Assembly: GCA_042850255.1 (NCBI GenBank) | Contig: AP031373.1 | Location: 240,001-272,000 of the forward strand | From: Nanobdellota archaeon | GTDB lineage: Archaea > Nanobdellota > Nanobdellia > Nanobdellales > Nanobdellaceae | DNA: 32,000 nucleotides | Reading direction: 5' to 3' | Part shown: in pieces, positions 26,541 to 32,000 of the stretch | Position numbering within the stretch: the stretch's first letter is position 1 | How the letters are laid out: each line of letters opens with the position of its first letter | The notes under the pieces: generated by a model | Database searches by the model: none | The model's input: only the letters and a program-made list of their open reading frames with translations | What the model was told of the DNA's origin: nothing | Translations under genes and position numbers: made by a program

Positions 26541-29243
26541 TTAAATACTATGGTTTTTTACTTTCATATATTTATTTTCTTCTTTGATAGCTATAGGAAC
26601 AAGATATCCAGATACTTTTCCTTCTGGTATCCTCCATTCCCCAAATGCTTCTAAATAATGTGTTCCTCTAAACGATCCCAGATGATTAGTTTTGTCATCG
26701 CGCGCATCGTATGGTATCCCCATTGGTCCTATTATATTTAATTCTACTTCCGATTCTGAAAATCCATATTTTTCTCTTAATTTTTGTAAGAAATATAATG
26801 GAGCATTGTTAAGAGGTTTTGTATTAAATAATACATAATCTACATTTAATTTCCTTGCATAATCTATTATTAATTCGTAAACTTTTCCCCAATTCTTATT
26901 AAACCATTTTTCACTATCTGGGAAAAATAGTTTTGATCCCATCTCTACAGAATCTATTAACCAATATTTACTACCTTCAGAATCTTTTGCTATATATCCT
27001 ATTATTATTCCATCAATCTTTCCTTTTTTTCTGATAGAATTTATATCTACTTTATCAGTTACTGCAAATCCCATATAAACAATCCTTGGGTCTAAAACAT
27101 ATAATACACTTCCTAGACCATTCAAGAATCCTGGATTATTATCATCTATAGCTGGTAAATGAGAACAAGATCCTGTAGATTCCCAACTAAACATCATTGT
27201 AGGAAATCTTCCTGTAAATGCTACTACATATTTTCCTCCATCTACTTTTCCACTTTTTATACTAGAAACTGTAGTTAATATATCCATAAAACTTTCCAAT
27301 CCTTTTTTATTTTTACCTATATATTTTGTTCCTATTTCAGATAACCTTTTTATTATTTCTTCATAGTTTCCATTTTTCAATAATTCTATTAGTTCTTTAG
27401 TTTTTGGTTTTATTTCTTTTGGTAAAGACTGATAGAATCCTTTTGCATTATCTAATTTTTCTTTCCCTACTATTTTTTCTAAATAACTATTTCCCCATTC
27501 TACATTTTTAGGATCTCTAGATCCAATAAAGGAATAAAATAAAGCTTTAACAGTATCTTCATATGAGATATTTATCTCTTCTCCATCGTTATTCCAAATC
27601 TTCCATATCTTTTCTTTTAATGCTTCAATATTTATTCCTTCTTTTTGCATAATAGATAATATTTCCCTTATTTTTTCATCATTCCAATAGTTATAAAGGA
27701 CTTTAGCTGCATTTATTAATGTTTCTTTTCTTCCCTCATCTATAAGATACTTTAAAGAAAAGGCCAAATTTAAACTTTCTTTTATAGTATATTTAGATAG
27801 AGATAGTCCTGTTTTTTCTTCTAAATTATGAATTATTTTATTATAATTTATAGGACCATCTTCTAAATCAAAGTTGACACCTAAGTTATATTCTATTAAG
27901 TATTTTAATTCTAATTTTTCTATTTGAGTATCCAAATTATCTTTTGTATTTTTTATATATTTTATAACATCTAGTTTATTATCCCACATTAGTCTATTTA
28001 AGATATAAATATTCATACCAGCCTTTGTCAAATTAACAAATTCTTTTGGTACATCTTTCTCTAAAGCTAATAAAGAACTTATGATGAACACTAAAGCTGA
28101 TGATATATCTTTATCTAATAAATCTAATACTATGTTTTTGTATTGCTCAAATTGGTTATTTTTCATAAATTCTATAGAACTTTTTACGAAATATTCTATA
28201 TCAAGATTAGATATAGCTTTTTCTGATACTTTAGATAAAGCTAATATAAATTCTTCAGAAAGATAGTAGTTTAATACTTTATTTTCTATTGCTGATTCTA
28301 TATATCCTATATAAGTTTTTAATACTTCTATATTTTTGTTTAATAAATCTGATGCTTTGTCTATATAATCTTCCAATCTATTTCTATCGTATTTTAATAT
28401 TTTTAATATACTATCTGCAAACAATTTGGCGATATTTTTATCTTTTTCAAAAATTTCTAGATACTTATTTATAAATTCTTTATATATGATTCTCTTCTTA
28501 TCTATTGTATAGTCTATAGATTTTATCGCATTAGATACATCTGATAAAGATTTTGTGATTATATAAATATTATCTATATTTTCCTCTTTTTTTGCTAATT
28601 CTAATATAACATTTCTGTAGGTGTTCTCTTTTATTTCTTTTTCTAGTTCTAAAATATTTTTAATATTCTTTAAAAAGTTCGATAAAGATTGTCTGTCTTT
28701 AGTTCTTGTCCAGAGATTTATAACTAGATCTTTATATTCTTCAAACTTCCTAGTTTTCATAAATTCTATAGAAGTTTCTATAAAATAATTAGGTACTCCA
28801 TCATATTTTTGAATTAACTCTGCCAAAGTATTCAAAAACTCTGACCAAAGTCTTTTGTTTTCTTTAAATATATGTTTCCCATACTCAAAAGCTAATGATA
28901 CACTAGAAATAAATTCGTTTAACTTTTCTTTATTTTCATCTTTTATCGTTATTACTTGGTCTAAATATGGAGAAAATAAATTTTCTTTTATAAGCATTAA
29001 AGAGTTTCTTACAAATTTTTCTGCAATTTTTGTATCTTTTTTTGTTAATTCTATTAAATCATCTAATCTTAATGAAAATATATTCTCAAATTGATATTCA
29101 GTATATATTCTCATATTTATGGCCTCTTTAGCATATTTTCTAAATATCCTCGCAGCATCGCGATTTTTTCTATAGAGTACTATAGACTTAATATAAGAGT
29201 CTAAATAGCATACACTCTTATAGGCAATATCTTTAAGCTTCAT
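26541..29243 (-). CDS. Large (900 aa) orphan protein: N-terminal helical region with an internal duplication, and a C-terminal alpha/beta domain with GNAT-like features (speculative)
   Basis: Uninterrupted 2.7-kb ORF with no N-terminal hydrophobic segment. NYFIETSIEFMKTRKFEEYKDLVINL (aa 152-177) repeats as EYFVKSSIEFMKNNQFEQYKNIVLDL (aa 350-375). The C-terminal WGKVYELIIDYARKLNVDYVLFNTKPLNNAPLYFLQKLREKYGF resembles the alpha3-beta5-alpha4 part of acetyltransferase folds. Confidence 0.65.
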   Translation of the reverse strand: MKLKDIAYKSVCYLDSYIKSIVLYRKNRDAARIFRKYAKEAINMRIYTEYQFENIFSLRLDDLIELTKKDTKIAEKFVRNSLMLIKENLFSPYLDQVITIKDENKEKLNEFISSVSLAFEYGKHIFKENKRLWSEFLNTLAELIQKYDGVPNYFIETSIEFMKTRKFEEYKDLVINLWTRTKDRQSLSNFLKNIKNILELEKEIKENTYRNVILELAKKEENIDNIYIITKSLSDVSNAIKSIDYTIDKKRIIYKEFINKYLEIFEKDKNIAKLFADSILKILKYDRNRLEDYIDKASDLLNKNIEVLKTYIGYIESAIENKVLNYYLSEEFILALSKVSEKAISNLDIEYFVKSSIEFMKNNQFEQYKNIVLDLLDKDISSALVFIISSLLALEKDVPKEFVNLTKAGMNIYILNRLMWDNKLDVIKYIKNTKDNLDTQIEKLELKYLIEYNLGVNFDLEDGPINYNKIIHNLEEKTGLSLSKYTIKESLNLAFSLKYLIDEGRKETLINAAKVLYNYWNDEKIREILSIMQKEGINIEALKEKIWKIWNNDGEEINISYEDTVKALFYSFIGSRDPKNVEWGNSYLEKIVGKEKLDNAKGFYQSLPKEIKPKTKELIELLKNGNYEEIIKRLSEIGTKYIGKNKKGLESFMDILTTVSSIKSGKVDGGKYVVAFTGRFPTMMFSWESTGSCSHLPAIDDNNPGFLNGLGSVLYVLDPRIVYMGFAVTDKVDINSIRKKGKIDGIIIGYIAKDSEGSKYWLIDSVEMGSKLFFPDSEKWFNKNWGKVYELIIDYARKLNVDYVLFNTKPLNNAPLYFLQKLREKYGFSESEVELNIIGPMGIPYDARDDKTNHLGSFRGTHYLEAFGEWRIPEGKVSGYLVPIAIKEENKYMKVKNHSI

Positions 29244-29360
29244 AACAACTATTTTATGAATAAATTTTTAAATATTTCTATTATTACTACTATGCATCAG
29301 ATACTAAAATATAAAGAATATTTAAAAACTATCTAATAGTGGACTGAGATAGTATATAGT

Positions 29361-29398
29361 GGATTATATATAAAGGGATTATATATAAAGATATAAAG
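29361..29398. repeat. Tandem direct repeat GGATTATATATAAAG x2 plus a partial copy
   Basis: 29361-29375 and 29376-29390 are identical 15-mers. ATATAAAG is repeated again at 29391-29398. Confidence 0.7.
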
Positions 29399-29448
29399 AG
29401 GAAGAGAATATGTTTATAACTCTACGAATATCGCCTTGTTTAAATAAA

Positions 29449-29733
29449 CTATGGACCGCTTAAAATATATTCTGAACTATTTGTTATAACTATTATGTTT
29501 GTTCCATTATAATAACAGATTATATTTTCTTGTAGGCATAAATTATAATAAGTTTGATTTATTAAAAATGAATAATTTGGATATAATAATAATTTAACAT
29601 AAAAATCTTCTGCAATATATTTAGCAATATTTGGTTGGTAATAAAAGTTATTTTGCAATAAGGATAAGTAATATATTGTTATAAAAACTATTAAGACTAA
29701 ATATAATAAAATAAATTGAGATCTCATTTCCAA
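29449..29733 (-). CDS. Small N-terminally anchored, sequon-rich extracellular protein (pilin-like paralogue A, 94 aa)
   Basis: MEMRSQFILLYLVLIVFITIYY is a single N-terminal hydrophobic helix after a basic residue. There are four N-x-S/T sequons (NYS, NQT, NGT, NSS) and a CYYNG motif shared with paralogue C. Confidence 0.6.
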   Translation of the reverse strand: MEMRSQFILLYLVLIVFITIYYLSLLQNNFYYQPNIAKYIAEDFYVKLLLYPNYSFLINQTYYNLCLQENIICYYNGTNIIVITNSSEYILSGP

Positions 29734-30068
29734 TAAATATTTACATAATCTATTGAGCCATTGATAATATAAAACTCTTCTATACCTTGTGTTGCATTTG
29801 AAAGGGGCATATTATTAAATACTGTGATATTATTTATTTCTACATAATAATATGGGAATATATTTGTAACTATTTCATATAATGTTTGATTCAATTGTAT
29901 TGTATTATTTAAATCTAAATAATTTATTGAAATTAATGATGCCAATAAATCTTCCTTTACATATCCTCTCAAATATAGAGTATTATAATAATTTGTTGTT
30001 AATAAAAAATAAAGTATTATTATTGTAATTACTAATTCAAAAAATATTGTTATACTAAATGTTCTCAT
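29724..30068 (-). CDS. Small N-terminally anchored, sequon-rich extracellular protein (pilin-like paralogue B, 114 aa)
   Basis: MRTFSITIFFELVITIIILYF is the N-terminal helix, with an FFEL motif. There are five sequons (NNT, NQT, NIT, NAT, NGS). The gene overlaps both neighbours. Confidence 0.6.
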   Translation of the reverse strand: MRTFSITIFFELVITIIILYFLLTTNYYNTLYLRGYVKEDLLASLISINYLDLNNTIQLNQTLYEIVTNIFPYYYVEINNITVFNNMPLSNATQGIEEFYIINGSIDYVNIYWK

Positions 30069-30448
30069 GATATTAATACTTCTACTAAATATAAATTACC
30101 TTGATAATAACAAACTCTCCTAAATTCTATATAATTATTACTTACATTTTCTCCAAATGTTAATATTTCTCCATTATTTAAATTTTCATATATTATTTCA
30201 TATGGTCTACTTATATTTAAATTATCTAAAATGTTGGAATTAAAATCATTAGATGTTAAATTACATATAGGATTGGCATACTGTTCTGTTATTTCCTTCA
30301 TTATTATTCTTCCATCCATAAATTCATTAAAAAAATTTTCATATTTTGTATTTATAACATATATACTAGCAACCTTTTCCATAAGTAATAAAGTAATGAA
30401 AAATATTACAACAACGATTACTAATAATTCAAAAAATCTATCTAGCAT
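30065..30448 (-). CDS. Small N-terminally anchored, sequon-rich extracellular protein (pilin-like paralogue C, 127 aa)
   Basis: MLDRFFELLVIVVVIFFITLLL is the N-terminal helix, with an FFEL motif. There are three sequons (NLT, NIS, NVS), two Cys residues and a CYYQG motif. Confidence 0.6.
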   Translation of the reverse strand: MLDRFFELLVIVVVIFFITLLLMEKVASIYVINTKYENFFNEFMDGRIIMKEITEQYANPICNLTSNDFNSNILDNLNISRPYEIIYENLNNGEILTFGENVSNNYIEFRRVCYYQGNLYLVEVLIS

Positions 30449-30490
30449 ATACTAATATATCTTATAAAGCTTTTTATATATAAATCCTAA

Positions 30491-31066
30491 ATGGACTCTA
30501 AGTTAGTATCATTATTAAAGGAAAATAAAAAAATAGTTACTGTTACTGCTAGAAATTTACCTGTATCTAGAAAGGATTCTGAAGAAGTTGGTAGATTTAT
30601 CAAATATTTAACAATACCATTAGCAAAAAAATATTTAGAAATGGTGATTAATTATAAAATTGCAGTACCTTTATATAAATATCATAAAAAACAAGCTCAT
30701 CACAAAAATGTAATGGGAAAAATACCTTATGGAAGATATCCAATAAAAGTTTCTAAATATTTTATAAAATTATTAAATTCTTTAGAAAGTAATGCAAAAA
30801 ATTTAGGTTTAGATCCAAATAAAATAGTTATAATATCTGTAGATGCTTCAAAAGGAAATAAATTTCCTGGTAGATTAAGAGTAACAAAATTAAAGACCGG
30901 AGAAGGAGGAATTAGAAGAGTTTTATTTATTGCTCATAAAAAAGTTGCACATATTAAAATATATGGATTATATGTAGAAACTTTAGATACAACAAAAAAA
31001 TTAAAGAAAAAGGCTTTAAAACAAATTATTAAACAAATATTAAAGGAATGGCAGCAAAAAATATAG
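30491..31066 (+). CDS. rpl22: Ribosomal protein uL22 (L17e-like) with a basic C-terminal extension
   Basis: Contains ARNLPVSRKDSEEVGRFIK, GRYPIKVSKYFIKLLNSLESNAKNLGLD and KLKK-rich tail. Confidence 0.85.
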   Translation: MDSKLVSLLKENKKIVTVTARNLPVSRKDSEEVGRFIKYLTIPLAKKYLEMVINYKIAVPLYKYHKKQAHHKNVMGKIPYGRYPIKVSKYFIKLLNSLESNAKNLGLDPNKIVIISVDASKGNKFPGRLRVTKLKTGEGGIRRVLFIAHKKVAHIKIYGLYVETLDTTKKLKKKALKQIIKQILKEWQQKI

Positions 31067-31728
31067 AAGAAATAGTTAAAGAAAAAAGAATAGAAGCAGT
31101 ATTGGATAAGGTATTAAAAGATGAATTTAAAGGAAAATTAATTAGTAAAGTTGAATATTTAAAGATTTCTATGGGTACAAAAGTTATAATATATTGTGCT
31201 AGACCTAGATTAGTTTTAGGAAGATCAAATGAAAATTTAGAAAAAATAAAGAAAATAGTTGAAAAAATAACTGGAGCAAAAGATCCAATGATAGAAGCTG
31301 TTGCTGTAGAAAACCCATTATTAGATTCTGAAATTGTTGCAGATTTAATTGCATCCCAAATTGAAAAATATGGAAATAGAGCAATAAGAAGGATAATGCA
31401 AAGGACAATGGATTTGGTATTACAAGCTGGTGCATTGGGTATAGAAGTTAGAGTTACTGGAAAAGTTATAGGAGATAGATCTTCTACAATTAGAGAACAA
31501 AAAGGATATATAAAGAAATCTGGAGAATTAAATAAAATAATTGGAAAAAGTATTAGACATGCTAAATTACCTTCAGGAGTTATAGGAGTTCAGGTCAGGA
31601 TATTAAAATCTGGAGAGATATTACCAGATAGAATTAAAATAAAAGATATAAGTGAAATAAATCCAGAAGAATTAGAAAAAATAGATCCTTCTTTATTAGA
31701 AAAATTAACAAAGGAAGAAAATAAATAA
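31048..31728 (+). CDS. rps3: Ribosomal protein uS3
   Basis: A KH-like N-terminal part (VIIYCARPRLVLGRSNENLEKIK) is followed by IASQIEKYGNRAIRRIMQRTMDLVLQAGALGIEVRVTGKV. Confidence 0.9.
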   Translation: MAAKNIEEIVKEKRIEAVLDKVLKDEFKGKLISKVEYLKISMGTKVIIYCARPRLVLGRSNENLEKIKKIVEKITGAKDPMIEAVAVENPLLDSEIVADLIASQIEKYGNRAIRRIMQRTMDLVLQAGALGIEVRVTGKVIGDRSSTIREQKGYIKKSGELNKIIGKSIRHAKLPSGVIGVQVRILKSGEILPDRIKIKDISEINPEELEKIDPSLLEKLTKEENK

Positions 31729-31729
31729 A

Positions 31730-32000
31730 TTAAGAGCCATACATAATATACTTATCCAACTTATCTAAGAATATTTTTATAACATCAATTCCTTTTATTC
31801 TTCCCAAAGTTCCTTTTATACATTTTCTTTCTGAAAAGTTTTTCACAAATCCGTATCTAGAATTTTCACTATAAATTAATATGGGTACAGGATCTGATGT
31901 ATGTCTTCCTAATATTGATGAGGTAGAATGATCTCCAGTAATAGTTATTACATCAAATTCATCTTTTACCTTTTCTATTAACTCTTTATCTACTCTTTCT
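31730..32000 (-). CDS. apgM: Cofactor-independent phosphoglycerate mutase, archaeal type (ApgM); C-terminal part, N-terminus beyond the window
   Basis: Own translation of the reverse strand: ...DVITITGDHSTSSILGRHTSDPVPILIYSENSRYGFVKNFSERKCIKGTLGRIKGIDVIKIFL...MYGS*. GDHST...H..DPVP...F.E......G.LG is the ApgM C-terminal signature. Confidence 0.65.
   Translation of the reverse strand, partial: ERVDKELIEKVKDEFDVITITGDHSTSSILGRHTSDPVPILIYSENSRYGFVKNFSERKCIKGTLGRIKGIDVIKIFLDKLDKYIMYGS

Noticed and set aside
29361-29398. CRISPR array
   Set aside because: There are only two and a half directly abutting 15-nt units with no spacers. No other repeat-spacer architecture and no cas genes occur anywhere in the window.

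Overview
By eye this window is about three quarters A+T, and genes are tightly packed, often overlapping. It looks like an archaeal chromosome segment. The only GC-rich stretches are structural RNAs: a 16S rRNA (+, ~2589-4074), an unlinked 23S rRNA (-, ~10054-12963) about 6 kb away on the other strand, an intact tRNA-Glu(CUC) (-, 26413-26487), and a 233-nt structured RNA I could not classify (14779-15011, probably minus strand). The 16S carries substitutions in normally invariant 'universal primer' sites, the rRNA genes are unlinked, and ribosomal-protein operons are scrambled. Together with the GC-rich RNAs in an AT-rich genome, this points to a reduced, thermophilic DPANN/Nanoarchaeota-like archaeon; that attribution is inference. 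Protein genes are mostly housekeeping:
- Ribosomal proteins: L41e, uS19, uL16/L10e, uL30, uS5, L37e, uL15, L19e, uL22 and uS3.
- Translation and tRNA modification: ProRS, HisRS, the arcTGT catalytic domain and a Dph2 fragment.
- Cell envelope: a type IV pilus/archaellum-type secretion core (FlaI-like ATPase plus two T2SS-F membrane proteins), a Dpm1-like GT2, a PAP2 phosphatase, and three tandem pilin-like small proteins next to a 900-aa orphan protein.
- Others: a MinD/ParA ATPase, an AAA+(MoxR/ChlI)-VWA pair, HAD and HIT proteins, a SAM methyltransferase and a partial ApgM.
I saw no CRISPR array, transposase, integrase or recognisable defence system. The items most worth following up are:
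- the unclassified structured RNA;
- the pilin-like trio plus the 900-aa protein;
- the canonical bulge-helix-bulge (BHB) motif flanking the 16S, and a 16S 3' end without the CCUCC anti-Shine-Dalgarno;
- truncated or possibly split genes (a Cys-free, PUA-less arcTGT and an 89-aa Dph2 fragment);
- an AAA+/VWA junction that needs either a TTG start or a +1 frameshift.
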